Origin: Squalus acanthias
Taxonomy: Eukaryota
Assembly (NCBI GenBank): GCA_030390025.1
Contig: CM059432.1
Coordinates: 132,372,001 to 132,436,000, forward strand
DNA length: 64,000 bases
Direction of reading: 5' to 3'
Of the stretch, positions 12,836-23,589 are shown piece after piece. Both the position numbers and the translations under genes were made by a program. Within the stretch, counting starts at the first letter, position 1. Each line of letters opens with the position of its first letter. A model generated the notes under the pieces. That model had not been told where the DNA came from and did no database searches. It worked only from the letters and a program-made list of their open reading frames with translations.

Positions 12836-14150
12836 TAGATACATAGATACATAGAAGATAGGAGCAGGAGTAGGCCATCCGGCCCTTCGAGCCTGCTCCG
12901 CCATTTAATGAGATCATGGCTGATCCTTCAATTCAGTATCCCGTCCCCGCCTTCTCTCCGTAACCCTTAACCCCTTTTGCCTGTAGAAATATATCTAATT
13001 CCCTCTTAAATATATTTAATGAGCTGGCGTACACTGCCCTCTGTGGCAATGAGTTCCACAGGTTCACCACTCTCTGAGTGAAGAAATTCCCCCTCATTTC
13101 TGTCCTAAATGGTTTAGCCCTTATCCTTAAATTATGTCCTCTAGTTCTGTTCTCACCCGCCAAGGGAAACATTCCTTCTGCATCTAATCTGTCTAGACCT
13201 GTCAGAATTTTATACACTTCTATGAGGTCCCCTCTCAATCTTCTAAACTCCAGTGTGTACATCCCTAAACTACATAGTCTCTCCTCATAGGTCAATCCCG
13301 CCATTCCTGGTATCAGCCTGGTGAATCGCCGCTGCACCCCCTCCATGGCAAGAACATCTTTCCTCAGATGAGGCGACCAAAACTGTACACAGTACTCGAG
13401 GTGTGGTCTCACCAGTGCCCTGTACAGCTGCAGCAAGGTATCCCTGTTCCTGTATTCCAACCCTTTTGCTATGAAGGCCAGCATACCGTTTGCCTTCTTG
13501 ACCGCCTGTTGCACCTGCATGCTCGCCTTCAGTGACTGGTGTACAAGAACACCCAGGTCTCTCTGTACTTCCCCCTCTCCCAATTTATTGCCATTTAAAT
13601 AATAATTTGCCCTCCCGTTCCTGCACCCAAGGTGGATAACTTCGCACTTGTCCACATTATAGTGCATCTGCCATTTATCCGCCCAATCACCCAGTCTGTC
13701 CAAATCGCTCTGGAGCTTCCTGGTCTCCTCCTCTGAGCCCACCCCCCCTCCTAGTTTAGTGTCGTCTGCAAATTTGGAAATGCTGCATTCGACTCCCTGA
13801 TCCAGGTCATTAATATAAATTGTGAACAGCTGGGGACCCAGGACAGATCCCTGTGGTACCCCACTTGTTACTGCCTGCCATTCAGAAAATGAGCCGTTTA
13901 TTCCAACTCTCTGTTTTCTATCTGACAGCCAGTTCTCTATCCACGTCAATACTTTCCCCTTTATCCCATGAGCTTCAATTTTCCATGCTAATCTTTTATG
14001 TGGGACCTTATCGAAGGCCTTTTGGAAGTCCAGGTACACCACATCTACTGGCTCTCCCCCATCTATTTTACCAGTTACTCCCTCAAAAAATTCCAATAGA
14101 TTAGTCAAGCACGATTTACCCTTTGTAAATCCATGTTGACTCTGTCCTAT
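12836..14150 (-). mobile_element. CR1 LINE, 5'-truncated, with open 391-aa RT C-terminal frame (12933-14108)
   Basis: [39 protein letters not shown]; (atagatac)n tail. Confidence 0.95.
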
Positions 14151-15457
14151 TATGCTTGTTATTTTTATTTCGATACTTGTTTAATAACAATTCTTTCAGA
14201 AGTTATGCACTTAAAACGAGTGATTTCTTTACACAAAACTGTACTACACTGGAAAACCTCATCGACCATTACACCCCAAGGGTGAAACATTAGGCAGGAT
14301 GGGGAACTTCCAAGTAAGTGTTGTTTAAAGAGAGCACACCTTTTCATTATTATAACTGTTTAGAGTCAGCATTAAAAGGGGAAGGAAAGTCTTGGGGAAG
14401 CACACATTATTCAAAATAACCCCTGCCCCCCAATTATGTACAGACATACTTATTCATAAAAATGTATATTTTTAAAAATGTCAAAAAACTTTACCCCCCA
14501 GGGAGACCTGCCACATCAAAACTTCTTGCTGCTACATTGCTCTGGTGCTCCCACTGAAGAGGAAGCCTGCACTCTCCCAAATGGGACCACTGATTGCATT
14601 GTGGGCAGTAATGTCCCCTCCTGGGAAGCCAATGCAGAGCTGCCTGACCACAGGAAAACATGCTCTGGCTGGGTACAAAAGGTTTGGTACTTTTTAAACA
14701 ACAAAAAAAAATGTTTTTGATGAAGATCCATTTTTTCAACACACTGTGGGGGGATGCTTCCAATAAGAACATGTCCTAACCTCCTTCTCAGACCACTTCT
14801 TTTTAATTTGGATAATTTGCAGAAGATTATAAGGCAATCGCAGTCTATCTAGACTGCATAGAGGGAATAATGAACTCCTTACAGAAATTACAAGACAGTC
14901 ATCTAATTGCGAGGTTTAGAGGATGAACTGCTTAAACACTGCTCCTGTTTGAAGAGCCCCCAAATTAAATACAACCTTGAAATCATCTAAAAAAGGTAGC
15001 TTTTTTTTTATAATTTAAGTTTTCGTGCTGACAGCTCCTTTCGTGCACACAATAACAAACACTGTTACGCACGGCTATACAATATATAAGTGGCCGGGAG
15101 CTTGTAATGTGACCCGGAACTGGTTTTCGGCCAGCAAATGATCCAGGGCTTCCTCCTTTGGTTAGTGACCCCCACTTCTCTCTGCCTGCACGTTCTTTTG
15201 TACAATACGTATCTAATGAACTACATTCCTCATTTCTATTCACAATCAACAAACAGCATGGTGGAGGGGATTCAACTGCACATGAATCATGGAACAAAGC
15301 CCATCAGGCCAGTTCCTTCAGCGGCGCACAGCATTTATCCTTTTATGGACCCTACTTAACCCATTTAATTTGCTCACAGAAACACCCTCCCTCCCAGTAG
15401 CAAGGGAACCATTGTGTCCTGTGGAGTATCTCAGTTTATAACTATGCCTATAAACAT

Positions 15458-15612
15458 TAATACAAAATACTGCAGATGCTGGAAATCCAAAATATAAACA
15501 GAAAATGATGGATAGGGTGGAAGGCAGGAGTGATTTAAATGGCAAGAGGGATGATGACACAAGACAAAAGGGGGTTGTAATGGGACAAGGCAAAAGATGG
15601 GTCTAGAGGAGG
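15458..15612 (-). mobile_element. Penelope-like 3' remnant
   Basis: caaaatactgcagatgctggaaa is nearly the reverse complement of the terminus of the PLE at 47120-47146; hammerhead portion absent. Confidence 0.55.
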
Positions 15613-15719
15613 TCCTTTTTGTTTGATGGTGGTAGGCTTCTCAATTTTTGTTGGTTAAACACCAGCAGCACACTTGGGATGGGGGGGTTCCCTAAGCTGG
15701 GCTTTGCTAATGTGAACAA

Positions 15720-16220
15720 GGAATATGGGGATAGTGCGTGAAGGTGGAGTTGAGGTAGAAGTTCAGCCATGATCTTATTGAATGGCGAAGCAGGTTCGAA
15801 GGGCCGAACAGCCTGCTCCTGCTACTATTTCTTATGTTCTTAAAAGCACTCTGGACTTGGGTAAGCAGGGAAAGAATATCACTCCGTAGCAGACAAACAA
15901 ATTTTATTTCTGTGAATGTCAGTAGTACTCAAACATAGTGATGGGTTTCCACACGCGCCAGACATCCAGCTGACTGAAAAAAGCCATATTACAGACTTCC
16001 AAGCTTTGAATGTTTTCGTTGGTTGAGACACAGATCATTGCATCTAACAAAGAGCTGGCACAGATACAATGGGCTGAACAGCCTCCTACTGTGCTGTAAA
16101 CCTCTATGGTTCTAACTAGTGGGAAGTGTCCAAGAGTACAACTGTACAAGAGTTTGCCGGCACAGACACAATGGGTCGAATGGCCTCCTTCTGTGCCATA
16201 AACTTCTATGATTCTATAAC
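15720..16220 (+). mobile_element. three short CR1 3'-tail fragments
   Basis: gggccgaa..gcct..cct hairpin plus ttcttatg/tctatg tails at about 15720-15840, 16050-16115 and 16150-16217. Confidence 0.6.
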
Positions 16221-16771
16221 GATCTTAACAGAAGGGCAGATAAAATGCCAAGTGATGCAGCTGAAATCATAAATTCTAAGATATTAGGAAACACCCAAGT
16301 GGTTTATCACCATGGCTAAACCTCGAGCGTTTCGCCCACACACGTGTGAGCATTATGGAGATGTCCCAATATCAATGCCAACACCTCACACACGCCGTGC
16401 CAATGTGAGGTGCACACATAATTATCGCTGGAGGCAATAATGACCCTGAAAATAACTTGCAGATGTTTTGTCAGGAAATAATGCAGGCAGTCTGGGGTGT
16501 GACAGCCTCCATCCATCAGACCCGCCCCTTCTCTCCTAAACACGTGTATTTGGAGTGAGCGCTCCTGCAGTGAAGTTCCTGCTCACCCCCCTCCCCGCGA
16601 GCCTCGCCTGATCTCCGCCCGCGCCCGTCGCCATGGATACCGCCCGGGATTCACACCCGCCAGCGGCCCGACTCCAACCCTCCGGGTTAAAGCGCGTTCC
16701 CCCGGGTGGGTCGGTCGGTCTCTCTCTCTCCCCCCCCCCGCGCACACGGTGCTCCCGGGCTCTTTACTCAC

Positions 16772-16867
16772 CTTCCTGTCGCCCTGGCTGTGCCCCAACT
16801 TGCTCCCTTTCCTCAACCCCAACGTCTTCTCCAGCGACTCCAACTCGACCAGCGGCGTCGCCGCCAT
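16772..16867 (-). CDS. EEF1E1: EEF1E1/AIMP3 (p18) coding exon 1
   Basis: MAATPLVELESLEKTLGLRKGSKLGHSQGDRK resembles the vertebrate EEF1E1 N-terminus; ATG at 16867-16865 in aagATGG context; GT donor (gtgagt) at 16771-16770; 96 nt, phase 0. Confidence 0.95.
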
Positions 16868-17030
16868 CTTACCACCCTCCGCCTGGCTGCTGACTGAGCA
16901 CCGCTCCCATTGGCTAAAACCTTTGCCGAGCCGGCAAGAAACGGCGTCTGTGATTGGCCATGCTCCCGCGGGGTGCGATTAGGCTCCTCCCCCTCCTCAT
17001 GTCACGCCAGTTTCATTGGAAGGGTCGTCG

Positions 17031-17048
17031 CAGCGCCACCTGCGGACA
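17031..17048 (-). promoter_or_regulatory. putative CTCF site
   Basis: Minus strand TGTCCGCAGGTGGCGCTG resembles the CTCF core CCASCAGRKGGCGC. Confidence 0.45.
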
Positions 17049-17442
17049 CACCGCGAATTGCACCCACCCAGTTTTAATCAAGTCTTTAATTCTTATCAAT
17101 AATTATTATCCTTCAGTCTGATCACTTCCTCCGTCAGTCTGATCATTATCCTCTATCATTGTGAGTATCCTGTCTCAGCTTCATGAGTGCTAAAGCTACT
17201 AAAGTCAAATTTTGCTCAGAAAATGGAGATCGAAAAATTCAATTTCACAATTATACTAACATACAAAACACTTCAATAAAGTTAAACATGCGGAAATATG
17301 ACATGAACGTGCCTGAGAAATCATTAAAACTAATGATAAACAATATCTTCATCTACCACACTCAAACTGATTATCCATAATTCTCAACACTTGACTGCAC
17401 ACACTAACATCCCAAGCCTGACATAGTACAAGAGCAGACATA

Positions 17443-18296
17443 GGGGGGGAAATTCGGTTGCTTTGCGCCTCCCGTTAGCGCCCTAAAAGCAACTAGCGCC
17501 CGGGCACGGCGATGTTTGTGCCGCTCGTGAAATTGACCAATTTTGCGGCGGCGCTAAACACTACCGCCACGATCTCCTGCGCCTGCAGATCGTGATGTCA
17601 GTCGAGCGTGCAACGCCCCGGTAGCACCCCGGACTGGATATTGAGTGGTGCCCCCTGCCTTACCGCCTGCCGCTAGCAACGACAGGTTGAGGGAGCGTTT
17701 TGCAGTCAGGAAGCGACTGGGGGAGCGCTATTTAAAGGCAACCGTTTCCTGCCTTTTTTTGTCGGTGACATTTTTGCATCACGCATTCTGAGAGAAAGAG
17801 AGATTCAACGCTGTGTGAAGGAGTTTTTGGTACTGAGCAGCACTTTCCAGGTTCATTTTGATTTGACCTTCCTTGCATCGATTTAGAAGAGACTATGGGG
17901 GCTGCACTCTGAGCTCTTTCCCTGGGCCTCTCCATTGTTCTTTCCTGCAGAATTGATGTACAGGTTTCTCCAGGCCGAGATTCAAGGCTGCAATGAGCAG
18001 GGTGTGGATGGAGAGCAAGATCGACCCTCCCCTTTAAGAACTGGCCGGCGCCAGTGTGTCTGTGTTCCATTGCTGAGTGACATCACATGAGCTTCGCCAG
18101 CGCTCTGAGGTAGCGCCTCGCTCCTCGGCGTTAGCACCTTAAGAGGGGTGTGTAGCGCCTGATTTAGCGCTCCAATCACCTCCAGGGGCGATAGAAGCCA
18201 AGTTTGCAGTTGGAGGCGATAATTAGCGGCAGGCGCTAAACTTTGCGCCCGGCCGATAATTGCGCCCCAAACGGGGCGATACCGAATTTATCCCCG
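17443..18296 (+). mobile_element. non-autonomous PIF/Harbinger internal-deletion derivative (copy B)
   Basis: TIR GGGGGGGAAATTCGG / CGGGGATAAATTCGG; flanks ata/tta; both ends homologous to element 35475-39583; many TAGCGCC subterminal motifs. Confidence 0.9.
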
Positions 18297-18329
18297 TTAC
18301 TGTTTTACCACACGTATGTGATGTTGGGT

Positions 18330-19040
18330 TTAACAGAGGGATTTGGTTGTTCAGGTTCACAAGACATTAAAAGCAGCACCTCAAGTAGATGAGGCCATAA
18401 AAAGCTAATGGAAAACTAGGTTTTATGGCAAGAGATATGGAATAGAAAAGTCAAGATATAACGGTGAATCTATAGAAAACCTCAGTAAGACCAGAGTTGG
18501 AGTATTGTGTGTAGTTTTGGGCTCCACACTGTAGGAAGGGTGTTGAAGCAATAGTGAGGGTACAGCCCAGATTCACTGGATGCTGCTTGGTATGAAGAAA
18601 TACAAACACGAAGACACACATGAGATATTGGGGCTGTTTTCATTGGAACAGAGGAGATTATGGAGTGATTTGATAGAGGTGTTTAAAATTATGAACGGTT
18701 TGGACAAAGTAGATAGAACCAGACTGTTTCCAGTGGGTGAGAGGTCTAGAATGAGGGAACACAAACATAAGATTAACTGTAAGAGATCTAGGACATAGAG
18801 CAGGAGAAATCCTTTTACACATAGGGCGGTGAGGCTGTGGAATGCACAACTGGAGTTAGTGGATGAAGCGGAGACCATGTCAACTTTTAAGAATAAGTTA
18901 GATAGGTGGTTGAAGGAAGGGGGAATAAAGGGATATGAGAACAGGATGGGCACAAGAGATTAGGCTCGCATGAAGGATAAACACCACCACAGCTGGTTGG
19001 GCCGAGCGACCTGTTTCTGTGTTGTAATTTCTATGTAAAT
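18330..19040 (+). mobile_element. degenerate CR1 3' fragment
   Basis: LGLFSLEQRRLWSDLIEVFKIM; ttctatg tail. Confidence 0.85.
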
Positions 19041-19165
19041 TTATGCATAAATCTTCTATCACATTGGGACCATGTGTTATCCATGAGATAGTTAAATATC
19101 GACCTAATGATACTGTTATGAAGGGGGAATAAGTACGTTCAGTGGTTTAGCCATTCACCGCCAGA

Positions 19166-22102
19166 TCTGACTGGACCACATAAAGCACTATCAGGTCCTG
19201 CTCTTGTCTGCCAAAACTGCTCACTATTCAAGGATCATCCTGTAATGCAGAGATAATCCCCGGCTTCTTTTCTCTACTGCAAGTCGTCTTCTTAAACCCC
19301 TCTCCACTGTCTCCTCCACCCTCACCTCCAACAACAAGTGCGATGAGCTTATGGACTTCTTTGTCACTAAGATTGAGACCATCTGATCAGCTGCCTCTGA
19401 CACTTCCCTTCCTTCCCCTTGAACATGTTGTCACCTCCCAAATCCGTGCCCATCTTTCCCAGAACTCTACGTTTGAATCCCTCCAATCAGGTTTCCGCCC
19501 CTGTCACAGTACCGAAAATGCTCTTATCAAAGTCACAAATGACCTCCTATGTGATTGTGACAAAGGTAAACTATCCCCCCTTGTCCTTCTCGACCTGTCT
19601 GCAGCCTTTGACAAGGTTGACCACACTATCCTCCTCCAACGCCTCTCCACCGTCATCCAGCTGGGTGGGACGGCACTCGTCTGGTTCTATTCTATCTAAT
19701 CGTAGCCAGAGAATCACCTGCAATGGCTTCTCTTCCCACTCCTGCATCGTTACCTCTGGTGTCCCCCAAGGATCTATCCTTGGCCCCCTCCTATTTCTCA
19801 TCTACATGCTGCCCCTCGGTGACATCATCCGAAAACACAGCATCAGTTTCCACATGTACGCTGACGTCACCCAGCTCTACTTCACCACCACCTCTCTCGA
19901 TCCCTCCACTGTCTCTGATTTGTCACACTGCTTGTCCGACATCCAGTACTGGATGAGCAGAAATTTCCTCCAACTAAATATTAGGAAGACCGAAGCCATT
20001 GTCTTCGGTCCCCGTCATAAACTCCGTTCCCTAGCCATTGACTCATCCCTCTCCCTGGCAACTGTCTGAGGCTGAACCAGACTGTTGCCAACCTTGGTGT
20101 CATATTTGACCCTGAGATGAGCTTCCGACCACATATCCACACCATCACTAAGACCACCTATTTTCACCTCCGTAACCTCACCCTACTCCATCCCTGCCTC
20201 AGCTCATCTGCTGCTGAAACTGTCATCCATGCTTTTGTTACCTCTAGACTTGACTATTCCAATGCACTCCTGGCCGGCCTCCCATGCTCTACCCTCCATA
20301 AACATGAGTTCATCCAAAACTCTGCTGCCTGTGTCCTAATTCACACTAAGTCCCTACATTGGCTTCCGGTTAAGCAACGCCTCAATTTTAAAATTCTCAT
20401 CCTTGTTTTCAAATCCCTCCATGGCCTCGCTCCTCCCTATCTCTGTCATCTCCTCCAGCCCCACAACCCCCCGAGATTGCAGGGGCTCTGACACAAATTT
20501 TCAGATCCTCTCTGGCCACAGGGGAGGTGCCAGAGGACTGGAGGGCAGCTAACGTAGTACCATTATTCAAGAAGGGTAGTAGGGATAAACCAGGGAATTA
20601 CAGGCCAGTGAGCATAACATCAGTGGTAGGGAAATTATTGGAAAAAATTCTGATGGACAGAATTAGTCTCCACTTGGAGAGGCAAGGATTAATCAAGGAT
20701 AGTCAGCATGGGTTTGTCAGGGGGAGATCATGTCTAACCAATTTGATTGAATTTTTCGCGGGGGTGACTAGGTGCGTGGATGAGGGTAGTGCAGTTGATG
20801 TAGTCTAAATGGACTTCAGTAAGGCTTTTGACAAAGTCCCGCATGGGAGACTGGTCAAGAAGGTAACAGCCCATGGGATCCAGGGCAATTTGGCACATTG
20901 GATCCAAAATTGGCTTAGTGGCAGGAGGCAGAGGTCGATGGTTGTTTTTGTGACTGGAAGCCTGTGTCCAGTGGTGTACCGCAGGGATTGGTGCTGGGTC
21001 CTTTGCTGTTTGTAGTGTACATTAATGATTTAGATATGAATGTAGGAGGTATGATCAGTAAGTTCGCAGATGACACGAAAATTGGTGGAGTGGTAAATAG
21101 CGAGGAGGGAAGCCTCAGGCTACAGGACGATATAGATGGGTTGGTCAGATGGGCAGAACAGTGGCAAATGGAATTTAACCCTGAAAAGTGTGAGGTGATG
21201 CATTTTGGGAGGACTAACAAGGCAAGGGAATACACAATGAATGGTAGGACCCTAGGAAGGACAGAGGATCAGAGGGACCTTGGTGTGCATGTACATAGAT
21301 CCCTGAAGGCAGCAGGACAGGTAGATAAGGTGGTTAAAAAGGCATATGGGATACTTGCCTTCATTAGCCGAGGCATAGAATATGAGAGCAGGGAGGTTAT
21401 GATGGAGCTGTACAAAATGCTAGTTAGGCCACAGCTGGAATACTGTGTGCAGTTCTGGTCGCCACACTATAGGAAGGATGTGATTGCATTGGAGAGGGTG
21501 CAGAGGAGATTCACCAGGATGTTACCTGGGCTGGAGCACTTCATCTATGAAGAGAGACTGGACAGGCTGGGGTTGTTTTCCTTAGAGCAGAGAAGGCTGA
21601 GGGGGGACCTGATTGAGGTGTACAAAATTATGAGGGACATAGATAGGGTAGATAGAAAGGAACTTTTCCCCTTAGTAGAGGGATCAATAACCAGGGGGCA
21701 TAGTTTCAAGGTAAGGGGCAGGAGGTAAGAGGGGATTTGAGGAAAAACTTTTTCACCCAGAGGGTAGTTGGAATCTGGAACTCACTGCCTGAAAGGGTGG
21801 TAGAGGCAGGAACCCTCACAACATTCAAGAAGCATTTAGATGAGCACTTGAAATGCCATAGCATACAAGGCTACGGACCAAGTGCTGGAAAATGGGATTA
21901 GAATAGACAGGGCTTGATGGCTGGCGCGGACACGATGGGCCGAAGGGCCGAAGGGCCTCTTTCTGTGCTGTATAACTCTATGACTCTATGACTATCTGCG
22001 CTCCTCTAATTCTGCCCTCTTGAGCATCCCTGATTTTAATCGCTTCACTATTGGCGGTGTGCCTTCAGCTGGCAAGTCCCTAAGCTCTGGAATTCTCTCC
22101 CT
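19166..22102 (+). mobile_element. L2 LINE fragment (19166-20476, resumes 21993-22102) split by a CR1 insertion
   Basis: QSGFRPCHSTE, LLDLSAAFD, GVPQGSILGP, YAD, FVTSRLDYSN motifs typical of L2 RT. Confidence 0.9.
20477..21992 (+). mobile_element. CR1 LINE, 5'-truncated, nested in L2
   Basis: [32 protein letters not shown]; (ctctatga)n tail; in-frame stops and frameshifts. Confidence 0.95.
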
Positions 22103-23207
22103 AAAAAGAAATACACGGCACGATGTTTTGCGTGGTCATATGAAAAATTAAAAACATTTTTACAGGGTGTGTTACACTTCTCCATTGAGCATCGTATAGC
22201 TTTGAGGTCGTGGCTGACGCATCAACTTGAAAACCGTGGAATAGCACTGTGGTATTGTACCAAGGCTCCTTCTCCTTTGCACTGCTTCGTGAAAGAAAAG
22301 CTCGCGGCACATATGGATGGACAGCAGGTTTTTAGATTCATGTTGTGGCAAAATGTTAACAAACACGAGCTCCTTAGATGGAAAAATGACTTCAGTTCCG
22401 TTGTGTTATTCTGGCTCTGACTTCATAAACAGGCAGTGTGTTGTTTATAGCTTTCTATTCTCTTCATGGCCTCGCCCCTCCATATCTCTGTAACCTCTTC
22501 CAGCCCTACAACCCTCTGAAGTTTCTGCGCTCCAATTCTGGCCTCTTGCGCATCGCTGATGGTGGCTGTGCTTGCAGTTGAGTTGCCTGGGCCCTAAGAA
22601 TATAAGAACATAAGAACATAAGAAACAAGAGCAGGAGTAGGCCATACAGCCCCATTCAATAAGATCATGGCTGATCATCGACCTCAACTCCACTTTCCCG
22701 CCCGATCTCCATATCCCTTGATTCCCCATGAGCCCAAAACTCTATCTCAGCCTTGAATATACTCAAAGACTCAGCATTCACAGCCCTCTGGGGCAGAGAA
22801 TTCCAAAGATTCACAACCCTCTGAGTGAAGAACTTCCTCCTCATCTCATTCTTAGATGGCCTACCCCTTATCCTGAGACTATGCCCCCTAGATCTAGACA
22901 CTCCAGCTAGGGGAAACAACCTCTCTGCATCTACCCTGTCAATCCCCTTCAGAATCTTGTATGTTTCAATGAGATCACCTCTCATTCTTCTAAACTCCAG
23001 AGAGTATAGGCCCATTCTACACAATCTCTCATCATAGGACAGCCCTCTCATCCCAGGAATCAATCTAATGAACCTTCGTTGCACCGCCTCCAAGGCAAGT
23101 ATATCCTTCCTTAGATAAGGAGAGCAAAACTGCACAGTACTCCAGGTGTGGTCTCATCAAGGCCCTGTATAATTGTAGCAAGACTTCCTTACTCTTATAC
23201 TCCAACC

Positions 23208-23446
23208 TGTTGAGGCTGCCGCGAAACACGAATTAAGGCTGAATCCATGTGTGGAAAACGAGAGACTTTAATGCAACTGCATGGTACAAAATGGCTGAAC
23301 AGACCGCTCCCAGAATTCTCTGGAAAAATCCCGAGGCCCCGCCCACTCCTGCCTTAAAGGTAAGGTGCCTTAAAGGGAAGGTGCATCGATATATTGTCCA
23401 CGGACGGAAAAGTGGATAATGCCTGTTTAGGTGGCGATCCGCCACA
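23208..23446 (-). repeat. 3' LTR (239 bp)
   Basis: Direct repeat of 27321-27543 with 6 substitutions and a 16-bp tandem duplication tgccttaaaggtaagg. Confidence 0.97.
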
Positions 23447-23589
23447 CAGCTCCCCCCAGAATCCGCTTAGGAGGTGTGGACGAGACGGTGCGGCGGTCTG
23501 ATGGGCCGGCCGGAGCGGCTCTTGTAGGATGCCGGTGGACGTGGAACGGCTGGGCGTGGAGCAGCCGGGTGAACCGGCTTGAGGGCAGG

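Larger units (their letters stand above)
16540..17060 (-). promoter_or_regulatory. EEF1E1 CpG-island promoter with CCAAT boxes and YY1-like motif
   Basis: CpG-dense stretch around exon 1; ATTGG (CCAAT on minus) at 16909, 16953 and 17015; AAGATGGCGG overlapping the ATG. Confidence 0.75.

Noticed and set aside
250..16771. Intronic scaRNA/snoRNA (human EEF1E1 hosts SCARNA27)
   Set aside because: No convincing H/ACA two-hairpin structure could be identified by eye; needs an Infernal search
17732..18070. Recurring 112-116-aa ORF (also 32775-33125, 39938-40159) as a novel small gene family
   Set aside because: Similarity reflects copies of one transposon; the frame spans promoter/UTR sequence and the deletion junction, and only MERPRERA is real coding remnant
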